Below are positions 7,249 to 16,042 of a stretch of DNA of 32,213 bases, piece by piece (position 1 is the first letter of the stretch; every line of letters starts with the position of its first letter). Source of the DNA: a virus (Duplodnaviria > Caudoviricetes); IMG/VR virus record IMGVR_UViG_3300011403_000027, positions 1-32,213 of that record, one strand, 5' to 3'. A program made the translations under genes and the position numbers. The notes under the pieces are model-generated. The model saw only the letters and a list, made by a program, of their open reading frames with translations. It was not told where the DNA came from and made no database searches.

Positions 7249-7512
7249 ATGGAACCATGGATGCTGGCCCTCGGGGACTGGGCGATGCGGATCGCCTTCG
7301 TGGTAATCGTGCTGGCGCTCGGGGCGTTCTTCGCCGTGCGGGCGGCGCTCTTGTGGTATTGGCGGGTCGACGAGCAGCGTGCGGTGCTGCGCGAGATCCG
7401 CGACGAGCTGCGGGCCGCCCGGCCGGCGGCGGCCGCCGTGGCGAGCCCAGCGGCCACGCCCGCACCGGACGCGGTGGCCGACCGGCTGCGCCGCGCCGTC
7501 CCGGCGCCCTAG
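7249..7512 (+). CDS. Moron-like membrane protein inserted antisense in the tail operon
   Basis: Hydrophobic segment IAFVVIVLALGAFFAVRAALLWYW followed by a coiled coil; fills the gap between tape measure and Dit. Confidence 0.75.
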   Translation: MEPWMLALGDWAMRIAFVVIVLALGAFFAVRAALLWYWRVDEQRAVLREIRDELRAARPAAAAVASPAATPAPDAVADRLRRAVPAP

Positions 7513-7526
7513 CCCGCACGCGCCGC

Positions 7527-9134
7527 TCACGGCACCACCCCGGCGAGGGCCATCGGGGGCGCCGGTTCCGCCTGCTCGGCCGCGGCCGTGACGGCGTCCG
7601 CCACGGCCTGCGCCAGGGCGAGCACGTCGGCCGTATTGCTCGCGTTGATCGGCCCGTTGAAGGCGATGTTGATGGCCGCCCCGGCCGCCCGCGCCAGCGG
7701 GTTGCCGGCGTTGGCGGCGGCCCCCGGCAAGGCGGCCCGCTGCGCCGCGATCGCGTCCGCCGCCGGCTGGAGCGCGGCCCCGATCACCGGCAGGCCGGCG
7801 AGGTGGGTGATCATGTCCTCGATCTTCGCCATCGTCGCGTCGAGCGTCGCGAAGACGACGACTCGGATCGCCTCGATGGCGGCCGCGACTCGCCCGACCA
7901 TCTTCGGGATTTCGTCGACGATCCAGTCGCGCCAGTCCTCGAACTTCGCCTTGACGGCGTCGACGGCCACCGGGGCGCCGGTCTCGAGCCAGCCGGCGAA
8001 CTCCTGCAACTTCGCCGCGCCGAGCTCGATCCAGCCCGGGAGCCGCTCGGCGAGCCACGCGAACGCCTGCGGCAGCTTCGCCGCCGCGAAGTTGGCGAGG
8101 GTCTGGATCGTCGTGATGAGGTCGTTGAAGGACTGCGCCGTCTTCGGCCCGAACACCTGGCCGAGGATGACCTGGAGGGCGACGAGCCCGGCCTGAAACA
8201 GGTTCAGCCCGTGCGCCTTGGCGATGTTGCCCACCATGACCAGGAACGTCCCGAAGGGCTGCACGAGCGAGGCGATCCCCGACTTGACGCGCTGCACGAA
8301 GTCGGTGAACGCCGGCGTCTGCAGGAAGTCGGCGAGGTCGACGGCGAGGCTGCGGATCAGGTCGAAGAGGGGGAAGAACGCCTCCGCCAGCCCGAAGCCG
8401 ACCGCGTCCTTGATGTTGGAGACGGCGCCCTCGAACGTCCGGGACTGCTTCTGCATCAGCCCGCCGAAGTTGGCCTGCGCGAAGGTCTTGAACGCGGCCA
8501 GGAAGACGTCGGACTTGACCTTGCCGGCGGAGACCAGCTTCTGCGTCTCCTCGGTCGACTTCCCGAGGTGCGTGGCCAGCAACTGGAGCCCGGGGATGCC
8601 GGCCTCGGTGAGCTGGAGCAGCTCGTCGCCCTGGACCTTGCCCTTGGCCTGGATCTGCCCGATCGCGGTCACCAGCCGGGAGAGCCCGCCCCCGCCCAGG
8701 TTCAGCCCGGCGGCGGCGTCCCCCAGGTTGGTCATGAGGGGGATGACGTCGCCCACCTTGAAGCCGAAGGCGAGCAGGCGCTGCTGCGCCTCCAGGAGCT
8801 GGGGGAGCTCGAACGGCGTCGCCTGGGCGAACTGCTTCAAGCGGTTGAGCTGGTCGCCGGCCGCCTTGCTCGAGCCGAGCATGGTCTCGAGCGCGATCTG
8901 GCTGCCCTCGAGGGTGGAGTTCATGCCGAAGACGGCGTCGGTCACGCCGCCCACGACGCCGGCGACGGCGTTCATCCCGACCATCCCGCCGACGAAGCCG
9001 AGCGCGGTCGACGCCGCGTTCGACAGGAAGCTGCCGGTGCCGGAGACGGCCTTGTTGACCCGGTTCAGGCCGGAGAGCGCCGCCGCGACGTCGCTGGTCA
9101 CCCGGACCTGGAGCTCGGCGGCCGTGACGGCCAT
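7527..9134 (-). CDS. Tape measure protein
   Basis: ATPFELPQL...QIQAKGKVQGDELLQLTEAGIP tape-measure domain; Ala/Gly-rich helical repeats; 535 aa. Confidence 0.93.
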   Translation of the reverse strand: MAVTAAELQVRVTSDVAAALSGLNRVNKAVSGTGSFLSNAASTALGFVGGMVGMNAVAGVVGGVTDAVFGMNSTLEGSQIALETMLGSSKAAGDQLNRLKQFAQATPFELPQLLEAQQRLLAFGFKVGDVIPLMTNLGDAAAGLNLGGGGLSRLVTAIGQIQAKGKVQGDELLQLTEAGIPGLQLLATHLGKSTEETQKLVSAGKVKSDVFLAAFKTFAQANFGGLMQKQSRTFEGAVSNIKDAVGFGLAEAFFPLFDLIRSLAVDLADFLQTPAFTDFVQRVKSGIASLVQPFGTFLVMVGNIAKAHGLNLFQAGLVALQVILGQVFGPKTAQSFNDLITTIQTLANFAAAKLPQAFAWLAERLPGWIELGAAKLQEFAGWLETGAPVAVDAVKAKFEDWRDWIVDEIPKMVGRVAAAIEAIRVVVFATLDATMAKIEDMITHLAGLPVIGAALQPAADAIAAQRAALPGAAANAGNPLARAAGAAINIAFNGPINASNTADVLALAQAVADAVTAAAEQAEPAPPMALAGVVP

Positions 9135-9371
9135 CTAGCGGCCCCCGGCGCCCGGGGTGCGCCGCGCCGGCGCGCGCTGGGCGTCTCCCGCTCGGGTGCG
9201 GGCGCGGTGGGCCTGCCAGCGCTCCTCGCGCTGGCGCCACGCCAGGAAGCGCCCCCACTCGAGGTACTCGGCGGCGCTCATCCGGCCGCGCAGCTCGCCC
9301 ACGGTCATGTGCAGGCGCTCCGCCAGGCCGTACTCGAAGGCGAGGTCACCGTCCAGCGTCCGCGGGCTGAA
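9135..9371 (-). CDS. gpT-like extension of the tail assembly chaperone (reached by frameshift)
   Basis: LAERLHMTVGELRGRMSAAEYLEW resembles lambda gpT-like motifs. It lies in the +1 frame relative to 9346-9735 and its stop abuts the tape-measure ATG. Confidence 0.75.
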   Translation of the reverse strand, partial: FSPRTLDGDLAFEYGLAERLHMTVGELRGRMSAAEYLEWGRFLAWRQREERWQAHRARTRAGDAQRAPARRTPGAGGR

Positions 9372-9735
9372 AGGCGGCGGCGCTGGTCGCCTGCGCCTCC
9401 GCGGAGAGCCCGGAGAGGGCCATGATCGCCGCCGTGAGGGCCTCCGCGACGGCCGGATCGAGCGCCGCGAAGAGGGCCTCCGCGTCCGCCAGCGTGGGCG
9501 CCGCCGGCGCCACGAGGCAGTGCACCCAGGTCAGCAGCTCGGCCTTCTCCATGTCCTGCGCCGGCGTGCCGACGGCCGCGTCGCGGTTGATCTGGTGCTG
9601 CGCGTGCCGGGACAGCGCACGGATCCGGACGCGGACGCCGGGCGCCGGCTCGACGTCGCGCTCGGCCAGCGGCGCCGCCGCGCGGAGCTGCTCGAGACTG
9701 GCGTAGCCGTTCGCCCCGGGCGGGGAGCCGTTCAT
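9346..9735 (-). CDS. Tail assembly chaperone (gpG-like)
   Basis: Between tail tube and tape measure; VRIRALS...AIMALSGL pattern. Confidence 0.8.
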   Translation of the reverse strand: MNGSPPGANGYASLEQLRAAAPLAERDVEPAPGVRVRIRALSRHAQHQINRDAAVGTPAQDMEKAELLTWVHCLVAPAAPTLADAEALFAALDPAVAEALTAAIMALSGLSAEAQATSAAAFQPADAGR

Positions 9736-9742
9736 CGCCGGC

Positions 9743-10174
9743 TCAGGCCTGGGCCGTCGTCACGAGCGGGCCGGAGACGCTGAAGTCGGCGGTGCCGCGG
9801 GCGGCGTCGCCGTCGGCGTCCGTCTCGGCCTCCACGCTCGACCAGTAGACGTCGCACGTGATCTCCGCGAGGCCCGTCCCGACGCCCTCGGGCCGGTACT
9901 GGATCGCGCAGGGGACGACCGAGGCGCCCTGGTCGATGTGGGCGCGCAGGGCGGCCCAGAGCGTCGAGTCGTACCAGAACTCGATCGAGCCGGAGCTCTC
10001 CGCCGGCCCCACGACCGAGGCGCTGGGGTTGCCCCCGCCCCGGGCGAGGAAGGTCGGTTCGCGCTCGGTGGTGAACGTGACCGAGGAGATGAACTCCGAG
10101 AAGTCGGTCAGCGTGCCGCCGGCCGTGGCGTCCAGGGAGAACTCGAAGACGTTGGGGGGGACCGGGAAAGCCAT
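9743..10174 (-). CDS. Major tail (tube) protein
   Basis: 143 aa, acidic and beta-rich, ends TADFSVSGPL; canonical position. Confidence 0.8.
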   Translation of the reverse strand: MAFPVPPNVFEFSLDATAGGTLTDFSEFISSVTFTTEREPTFLARGGGNPSASVVGPAESSGSIEFWYDSTLWAALRAHIDQGASVVPCAIQYRPEGVGTGLAEITCDVYWSSVEAETDADGDAARGTADFSVSGPLVTTAQA

Positions 10175-10186
10175 GCTCGCTACTCC

Positions 10187-10618
10187 TTACGCCGGCGTCG
10201 CCTGGGTCAAGAACTCGAAGAACGCGCCCCGGTGGTTCAGCCGGCGCCCCTGGGGGAACTCCACCAGCGAGAACATCCCCTGCCGGCGGCACATCAGGAT
10301 GCTCCCGCTCGGCGGCCCCGCGATGGCGCCCGTCGAGCGGTCGAGCAGGGTGTCGATCCGGTCGGCGGCCGCATAGCCCACCGCCAGATCCTCGCCCTCG
10401 AAGATGGTGCGGATCAGGTAGACCACCCGGGCCGCCGTGCGCCGGTTGTTGCCGGCCAGGTCGTCCGTCGCCGTCGAGAGGGTGACCAGCCCCAGCGGGT
10501 GGGCGGCGCCCTGCGGCGGGGCGCCCATGAAGAGGCGCCCGTCCCACACCGCCTCGAGCGCGCCGTCCGCGCTCAGGGTGTCGTAGATGTAGGTCTCCGT
10601 CACGTCGAGCTCGAACAT
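10187..10618 (-). CDS. Tail terminator / completion protein
   Basis: IYDTLSADGAL...GRLFMGAPPQGAAHP pattern; canonical position. Confidence 0.7.
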   Translation of the reverse strand: MFELDVTETYIYDTLSADGALEAVWDGRLFMGAPPQGAAHPLGLVTLSTATDDLAGNNRRTAARVVYLIRTIFEGEDLAVGYAAADRIDTLLDRSTGAIAGPPSGSILMCRRQGMFSLVEFPQGRRLNHRGAFFEFLTQATPA

Positions 10619-10628
10619 CGTCCGCCCA

Positions 10629-11006
10629 CTACTTCAGCTTCCGAAGCGCGACGACGGTGCGCTGCTGGTACGGGGGCCACTCGGCCGCCGCCGCCGGGGC
10701 CATGAAGGGCCGGGGCGGGATGAACGCGCCCGAGCGCCAGTGGTGGAAGCCGTACTCCTGGAACACGGCGTAGTCCAGCGGGGAGTAGACGACGAAGGCG
10801 TCGCTGAACTTCCCGCCGGCGCTGCGGTCCTGCTCGACCGCGATGCTGCGCCGCAGGGCGCCGGTGTCGACCGGCGCAAACCCCCGCGCCCGGGCGGCGA
10901 CGGCGTCGGCGCTCCGGTGGGCGCTCTGGCGCACGGCGCCGGGCAGCTCCCCGGCGATCGCCGGCAGCCGGTTGTTGCGCAGGACGACGGACAGCGCCCG
11001 GGGCAT
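10629..11006 (-). CDS. HK97 gp10-like neck/tail-completion protein
   Basis: APVDTGALRRSI, YAVFQEYG and PRPFMAPA motifs; ATG at 11006. Confidence 0.88.
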   Translation of the reverse strand: MPRALSVVLRNNRLPAIAGELPGAVRQSAHRSADAVAARARGFAPVDTGALRRSIAVEQDRSAGGKFSDAFVVYSPLDYAVFQEYGFHHWRSGAFIPPRPFMAPAAAAEWPPYQQRTVVALRKLK

Positions 11007-11007
11007 C

Positions 11008-11307
11008 CTAGCGGCCTCCGCCCCCGCTGCGCGTGCGGAACGCGCTCGGGAACGCCGGGTAGAACGTGCCGCCGCCGGCGGCCAAGGGGGCAGCACCGGC
11101 CGGCGGTGGCGCGTCCGCGAGCGCCGGCGACGAGACCAGCGCCCCGACGTCGGCGCAGACCGTCTCGAGCAGCGCGCGCAGTCCCCGGACCTCCGACCGC
11201 AGCGCGGCCAGGTCGCCGTGCTGCGCGGCGATCCGGCCCTCGAGGAGCACCAGCGCGCGGAGCACGGCGACCGTCGGCTCGGCCGTCCCCTCGGGCGCGG
11301 CGCTCAC
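11008..11307 (-). CDS. Hypothetical coiled-coil protein
   Basis: GTGA-coupled to the upstream gene; heptads LAALRSEVRGLRALL. Confidence 0.55.
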   Translation of the reverse strand: MSAAPEGTAEPTVAVLRALVLLEGRIAAQHGDLAALRSEVRGLRALLETVCADVGALVSSPALADAPPPAGAAPLAAGGGTFYPAFPSAFRTRSGGGGR

Positions 11308-11696
11308 GTGTCCGCCTCCAGCTCGGCGCACAGGATGGTCAACTGCACGTCCTCGGTGCGCCGCTTGAAGGTGCTGGTCACCTCCCACAGCGCGCCGGCC
11401 TCGTTCCCGGACAGGATCTGGATCCGGTCGGTGGCCTCGACGTCCGTCGCCAGCGGGACGTAGACGAAGGCGGCGACCATGGACGCGATCCCGCCCCCGT
11501 AGGCGCGCTCCTGCGGGGGCTGCCAGCCCGGCGCCACCCGGCAGGGCACCGTCGCCTGGACGGTGTAGTCGACGTCCAAGCCACCGGAGGGGCCGCGCCC
11601 GGCCAGCACCCGCCGGAGGATGGCGCACGAGTCGCTCATCGCGCCCTCGGCCACGGCGGTCAGGTGGGCCAGCGCCGGCGCCGGCAGGACGGGCAT
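11304..11696 (-). CDS. Head-closure / stopper protein
   Basis: MSDSCAILR...VPCRV...VPLATDVEATDRI...WEV pattern; ATG at 11696. Confidence 0.72.
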   Translation of the reverse strand: MPVLPAPALAHLTAVAEGAMSDSCAILRRVLAGRGPSGGLDVDYTVQATVPCRVAPGWQPPQERAYGGGIASMVAAFVYVPLATDVEATDRIQILSGNEAGALWEVTSTFKRRTEDVQLTILCAELEADT

Positions 11697-11733
11697 CAGC
11701 GGCGCCTCCGGGGCGGGGCGTTCCACCAGTCGG

Positions 11734-12423
11734 TCATGCGAACACCACCCGGCGCAGCCCGGCCAGCGGCGCGAGCGCCTCGTCGGGGACGCCCAGCACG
11801 CCGGCCGTGGCCGCCGCCGCCACCGAGCCCGCCGGCGCCGCCCCGTAGGAGACGCTGACGTCGCCGACCTTGTAGCTGGTAGCACCCCCGCTGGTCGACG
11901 CTGCAACGCCGTCCAGCGCCGGGCGCATCCACGCCGCGCACAACTTGGTCGCCGCCAGCTCCACCCGCGGATCGACCGGGACGGCGGGCGTGTAGTCGAC
12001 CAGCAGCAGCCACCCGCCGTAGCCGTTCGGCACGGTGAGCAGGCCGGCGGTGGCGTCCAGCAGCTCGTACTGCGTCCCCGCGGTCAGCGCCTGGGGCACG
12101 GAGGCCGGGGCGGTGGTGCGCACCGCGACGGCGGTCACGGCGGCCACCGGGCGCACGCGCAGCCGGATCGCCAGCGGCGGATACCAGGACAGGTCGTACA
12201 CGACGTCCACGGCGCCGGCGCCGCGCGGCCAGGTGGGCGCCGTCAGCTCGTGGGCCTCGCCGGCGATCGGGACGGTGACGCCCCACGTCCGGCGGGTGTA
12301 GCCGTCGATCCATGCCTCCGCCACCGGGAGTAGCAGGGAGCACTCGGCCCGCTGGGCGTCCGTAAACGTCCGGCCCGTGTGGTGCTCCACCCGCTCGACG
12401 GAGGTGTAGCCCTTGATCGTCAC
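11734..12423 (-). CDS. Head-tail adaptor (connector) protein
   Basis: YTSVERV...AEAWIDGYTRRTW...VELAATKLCA...SYKVGDVSVSY pattern. Confidence 0.8.
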   Translation of the reverse strand: MTIKGYTSVERVEHHTGRTFTDAQRAECSLLLPVAEAWIDGYTRRTWGVTVPIAGEAHELTAPTWPRGAGAVDVVYDLSWYPPLAIRLRVRPVAAVTAVAVRTTAPASVPQALTAGTQYELLDATAGLLTVPNGYGGWLLLVDYTPAVPVDPRVELAATKLCAAWMRPALDGVAASTSGGATSYKVGDVSVSYGAAPAGSVAAAATAGVLGVPDEALAPLAGLRRVVFA

Positions 12424-12427
12424 GGGC

Positions 12428-12700
12428 CTACGCGCCGTCCTTCTTGGTGGCGCTCCGGCCCGCCGCCTTATCCTCCGGCGGCCCGGCGTCCGACTTGCCC
12501 TTCGGCGCGTCCTTCCCCGCCTCGGGGTCGGGGAGGTCGCGGAGCTTGTAGCGCTTGACGTCCTCCTCGGGCACCTCGGCGCCCGCCCCGGCCAGCAGGA
12601 AGCCCGCCTCCGGATCCCCCTCTTCGACCACCCGCTCTTTGTCCCGGGACAGGTACAGGCGGCGCGGCGCGCGGTAGAGCCCCTGGTTGCTCATCCTCAT
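12428..12700 (-). CDS. Small hypothetical head-region protein
   Basis: 90 aa with a low-complexity charged tail; typical position after capsid genes. Confidence 0.7.
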   Translation of the reverse strand: MRMSNQGLYRAPRRLYLSRDKERVVEEGDPEAGFLLAGAGAEVPEEDVKRYKLRDLPDPEAGKDAPKGKSDAGPPEDKAAGRSATKKDGA

Positions 12701-12705
12701 TCGCC

Positions 12706-13242
12706 TCAGGTCTGCGACCCCACCACCGTCCAGGTTGGGCTCCCGGGCGTGGTCGAGGTGTTGGTGTACATGATCCCGGTGGCGGTGTTGACCAGGAGGG
12801 AGCCGGTCGCGGCGCCCCGGTAGCCGGCGTCCACCCCCGGCGTGGTCTCCGCCACCGCCAGCGTGGGGCTCGTGCCCGTCATGGCGTTGCTGGCGACGGC
12901 GATCGTCGAGACCGCCTTGCGCGCAAGGGCGCCGCCGAAGGTGACGGTGATCGTCCCGATGCCGGCCGTCATGGTGCCGACCGCCGTGGTGACGTTGCCC
13001 GTCCCGATGCTGGGGAGGGCCTCGAGCGCGGCGTCGATGTTGGCGACGAGGGTGGCGTTGACGTTTACCCAGGTGATCGCCGCCGTCGTCAGGCCCTCGA
13101 ACTTGAGCGCGAAGGTGCCCCCGGTGGGGGTGCCCCCGAAGGTCAGGGTTTGCACCTCGGAGGTGCCGGCGCCGGGGACGCCGCTGAAGGCGATCGGCCC
13201 CAGGCCGCCCTCGATCACGTTGCCGCCGGTGATGATGGGCAT
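12706..13242 (-). CDS. Virion structural protein (capsid decoration / head-fibre-like)
   Basis: EVQTLTF...GGTFAL...AALEALPSIGTGNV...ITVTF beta module seen in phage structural proteins; TAATG-coupled start at 13242. Confidence 0.65.
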   Translation of the reverse strand: MPIITGGNVIEGGLGPIAFSGVPGAGTSEVQTLTFGGTPTGGTFALKFEGLTTAAITWVNVNATLVANIDAALEALPSIGTGNVTTAVGTMTAGIGTITVTFGGALARKAVSTIAVASNAMTGTSPTLAVAETTPGVDAGYRGAATGSLLVNTATGIMYTNTSTTPGSPTWTVVGSQT

Positions 13243-13607
13243 TAGCTGTTCTCCTTGCGGGCCTTGATCGTGAGCGTGCCCCCGGTGACGCCCGGCAGGC
13301 AGACCGCCCGCAGGTAGGCGGTCGAGCTGTCCTGGAGCATCATCGAGAGCGCGATCGGTTTGACGAGCTGGCCCAGCGCGATCGTGAAGTCGAGTTTCCG
13401 GCTGAGGTCGCCCATCCGCGAGAGCGCCAGGTCGAACCACGTCGTCCCGTCGATCGAGCCCTCGAAACCCAGGTTGCCGGTGCAGCCCTGGGCGTCGACG
13501 ACCACGACCAGCCGGTTGTAGGGGATCAGGCTCACCGTCGGGTACGACCCCGCCACGGGCGACCCCTGCGCCACGACCTCGAACGCGCTGTTATCGGAGT
13601 ACGGCAC
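13242..13607 (-). CDS. Hypothetical beta-sandwich protein after the capsid gene
   Basis: FEGSIDGTTWFDL...YLRA pattern; high GC3. Confidence 0.65.
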   Translation of the reverse strand: MPYSDNSAFEVVAQGSPVAGSYPTVSLIPYNRLVVVVDAQGCTGNLGFEGSIDGTTWFDLALSRMGDLSRKLDFTIALGQLVKPIALSMMLQDSSTAYLRAVCLPGVTGGTLTIKARKENS

Positions 13608-13610
13608 GTC

Positions 13611-13652
13611 AGTTATTTCCCCGTTCGGCGCCGGCCGAGCGAGTTATTACCC
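13611..13652 (-). promoter_or_regulatory. Hairpin flanked by 11-nt direct repeats immediately after the capsid stop
   Basis: mRNA reads GGGUAAUAACU-CGCUCGGC CGGC GCCGAACG-GGGAAAUAACU. Confidence 0.45.
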
Positions 13653-14954
13653 TCAAATGCCCGTAACCGAGGCGAACGCGGCGGGCCGGTAGACGGCCAG
13701 CGCCAGCCGCTCCTCGGCCAAAATGGCGACCTTGTTCTCGACGAAGTAGGAGGCGTGCTCGGTCGACAGGGTGACCGTGATGCCCTCCCGGCGCAGGACC
13801 TCGGCGTACGGCCGGAAGGCGCCCACGAGGCCGGTGCCCTGCGTGATGTTGGTCGTCTGGCGCACCTGGAGGCCCCAGATGCGGTCCGGCCCCTCGTCGC
13901 TCGGGTTGCCCCAGATGTAGATCCCGTCCGTTGTGCGAAGCAGCTTGATGTCCGTCCAGTCCGCCGGGTGGACGATAAACGCGGTCGGCTCGGCGAAGCC
14001 GGCCCCGGCCGACCCGCGCACGAGCTGCATCGCCTTGTACACCGCGTCGGGCGTCGGGTCGGCGCCCTTGGCCTGGGTCTGGATGCCCGAGCGGTTGAGG
14101 ATCCCGCGCAGGTTGGGGGCCACGCCGTCGCCGGTCAGCACCTGCTGCTCCTCGCGCCGGCGGACGTTGGAGGCCATCCGCCCGCGGAGCTGGCTCTCCA
14201 GGAACGGGACGTCGTCCAGGGCCTCCTTGGTGGCCGGGATCCACGTGGCGATCTTCCGCACCGGCTCCGTCCGCAGGGTGAAGCCCTCGGCGCTCTCCGG
14301 CTTCGCCACGCCCTCCGCCACCTCAACGGCGGCGTTGGTGACCGTGGTCTCCTCGTAGTACTCGACGCTGGTGCCGCTGGTCTCGCCCTGGAGCATCAGG
14401 TCGACGGTGGTGCGCTCGTCGTAGGCGAGGTCGACGAGGCCCCGGCGGCTGGCCTGGGGCGAGATGTCGGTGAGCGTGACCAGCGTCTTGAAGTCGAGCG
14501 TCGGGATCTCGAACTCGACCTGCCCGCGGTTGGCCCCGCGGAACGCCTGGTAGCCCTTGTGCTCGAGCAGGTACTGGCGCAGCCCCTTGCGGGCCAGGGT
14601 GTCCCGCGGCGAGAGCGACCCGTTCGCCGTCCACCCGGCCCCGTTGGCGGCGCCGTTTGTCCCGTTCGGGTGCACGACGCCGTTCACCGGCTCGGTCAGC
14701 CGCCGCACCTCGAGCGCGTTGTTCTGGGAGATGAGCGCGAGGTTGTGCAGGCGGTCGAACTCGGCCCCCAGCTCCTCGAGCTCCTGGTTGCGGCGCTTGA
14801 TCTCCCCGGCCTTGTAGGCGGTGTCCCCGTCGATGGCGGTGACCCGGGAGAGGTCGAGGTCCGGCCCCGCCTCTTCGAAGACGCGGTGCAACTGCTCCCG
14901 CTTGGCGGCCAGCTCCTCGCGGACCTCGGCGAACGACTTCCCAGACGAAGGCAT
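13653..14954 (-). CDS. Major capsid protein, HK97 fold with N-terminal delta domain
   Basis: VAEGVAKPES, VRKIATWIPATKEALDD, VHPADW...DGIYIW, ENKVAILAEERLALAVYRPAAF. Confidence 0.96.
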   Translation of the reverse strand: MPSSGKSFAEVREELAAKREQLHRVFEEAGPDLDLSRVTAIDGDTAYKAGEIKRRNQELEELGAEFDRLHNLALISQNNALEVRRLTEPVNGVVHPNGTNGAANGAGWTANGSLSPRDTLARKGLRQYLLEHKGYQAFRGANRGQVEFEIPTLDFKTLVTLTDISPQASRRGLVDLAYDERTTVDLMLQGETSGTSVEYYEETTVTNAAVEVAEGVAKPESAEGFTLRTEPVRKIATWIPATKEALDDVPFLESQLRGRMASNVRRREEQQVLTGDGVAPNLRGILNRSGIQTQAKGADPTPDAVYKAMQLVRGSAGAGFAEPTAFIVHPADWTDIKLLRTTDGIYIWGNPSDEGPDRIWGLQVRQTTNITQGTGLVGAFRPYAEVLRREGITVTLSTEHASYFVENKVAILAEERLALAVYRPAAFASVTGI

Positions 14955-14966
14955 CCCGTTTTCTCC

Positions 14967-15917
14967 TCAGGCTCCGGCGGTGCCGGGCGCGGCGCTATCC
15001 AGCTCGGTGAAGCGCTCCGCCAGGGCGGCGAACCGCTCCCGGAGCGCGTGCGGGGCCAGCCCGTCGGGGTCGGCGGCCCGGGCCAGGGCCGTGTCCAGCC
15101 GGGCGCGCGCCACCGCCAGCCGGCGCAGCAGGCCCCCGGCGCCGCCCAGGCCGGCCACCTCGGCCAGCGGCGCGGCGGCCACCCGCTCGGCGTACCCGTC
15201 GAGCACCGCGCCCAGGCGCTCCCCGGCCGCCTCCAGGCCGTCCGCGGCGAGCGCGTCGGCCTCCGCGTCCCCCGGCTCCCCGAGCAACTCCCGGAGGGTG
15301 TCCATGGCGGCGCGGATGCGGGCCTCGCTGGCGGCGGAGAGGCGCCGCCCGGCCTTCGCGTCGACCTCGGCGAACGCGGCGTCCACGTCGAACACCTGGG
15401 CGGCGGGGATGGCCCCGGCTTGAGGCGCCGTCTTCGCGGCCAGGACGCCGGCGCTGGCCAGCGCGGGGACGGTGACGAGCGAGGTCTCGAAGAGCTCGAT
15501 CCGGGTGAGGACGCGGCCCTTCTCGGTGCGGTCGAACTCGAGCGGCAGGTAGCCGATCGACAGGCCCATGAACTTGCCCCGGGCCAGCCGCTCCGCCGTC
15601 CGGGTGCGCGCGATCTGGCTCTGCGCGTCGCTGTGGAACTCCGCCTCGAGGAAGAGCCCCCGGCCGTCCTCGTGCGCCGCCTTGACGGTGGCGACCGGGT
15701 TGTCCCAGGCGTGGCCCCAGGCGATGAAGCCGCGCTCGACGAACTGCGCCAGCGTCTGGGCGTAGGCGCCCTTGGCGACGATGTCGCCCTCGCTGTCGAG
15801 CTCGCCGAAGACGGAGCCGTAGCCGGTGAAGCCGCCGGCGCCGCCGTCCAGCACCTTCAGGTCGGCCAGCGGCCGGACCTTGGTCTCCTTGGCGAGCGCA
15901 GAACCGTTGGGCAGCAA
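14967..15917 (-). CDS. HK97-family prohead protease with C-terminal helical extension
   Basis: FTGYGSVFGELDSEGD, WGH, GLSIGY and FETSLVTVPA motifs; TTG start. Confidence 0.93.
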   Translation of the reverse strand: MLPNGSALAKETKVRPLADLKVLDGGAGGFTGYGSVFGELDSEGDIVAKGAYAQTLAQFVERGFIAWGHAWDNPVATVKAAHEDGRGLFLEAEFHSDAQSQIARTRTAERLARGKFMGLSIGYLPLEFDRTEKGRVLTRIELFETSLVTVPALASAGVLAAKTAPQAGAIPAAQVFDVDAAFAEVDAKAGRRLSAASEARIRAAMDTLRELLGEPGDAEADALAADGLEAAGERLGAVLDGYAERVAAAPLAEVAGLGGAGGLLRRLAVARARLDTALARAADPDGLAPHALRERFAALAERFTELDSAAPGTAGA

Positions 15918-15920
15918 AAC

Positions 15921-15951
15921 GGGCCTCCATCCGGCTTAGCCGGAGAGGCCC
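15921..15951 (-). promoter_or_regulatory. Stem-loop sequestering the protease Shine-Dalgarno
   Basis: mRNA reads GGGCCUC-U-CCGGC UAA GCCGG-AUG-GAGGCCC-GUU-UUG; the GAGG of GGAGG is paired. Confidence 0.65.
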
Positions 15952-16042
15952 ATTAGGGAGCGGTGCCACAGGGGCGCGCGGGGCCGCGCGGGGACTATTC
16001 GGGGCGAGGGGGCGCTACGCCGTCCAGTCTACACCATCCGCC

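Noticed and set aside
5535-9425. 1296-aa plus-strand ORF (also 13755-15956, 16623-18470, 20703-22760)
   Set aside because: Antisense shadows of well-supported minus-strand genes. Stop codons are rare at this GC content, and the translations are Arg/Gly/Pro-rich without motifs.
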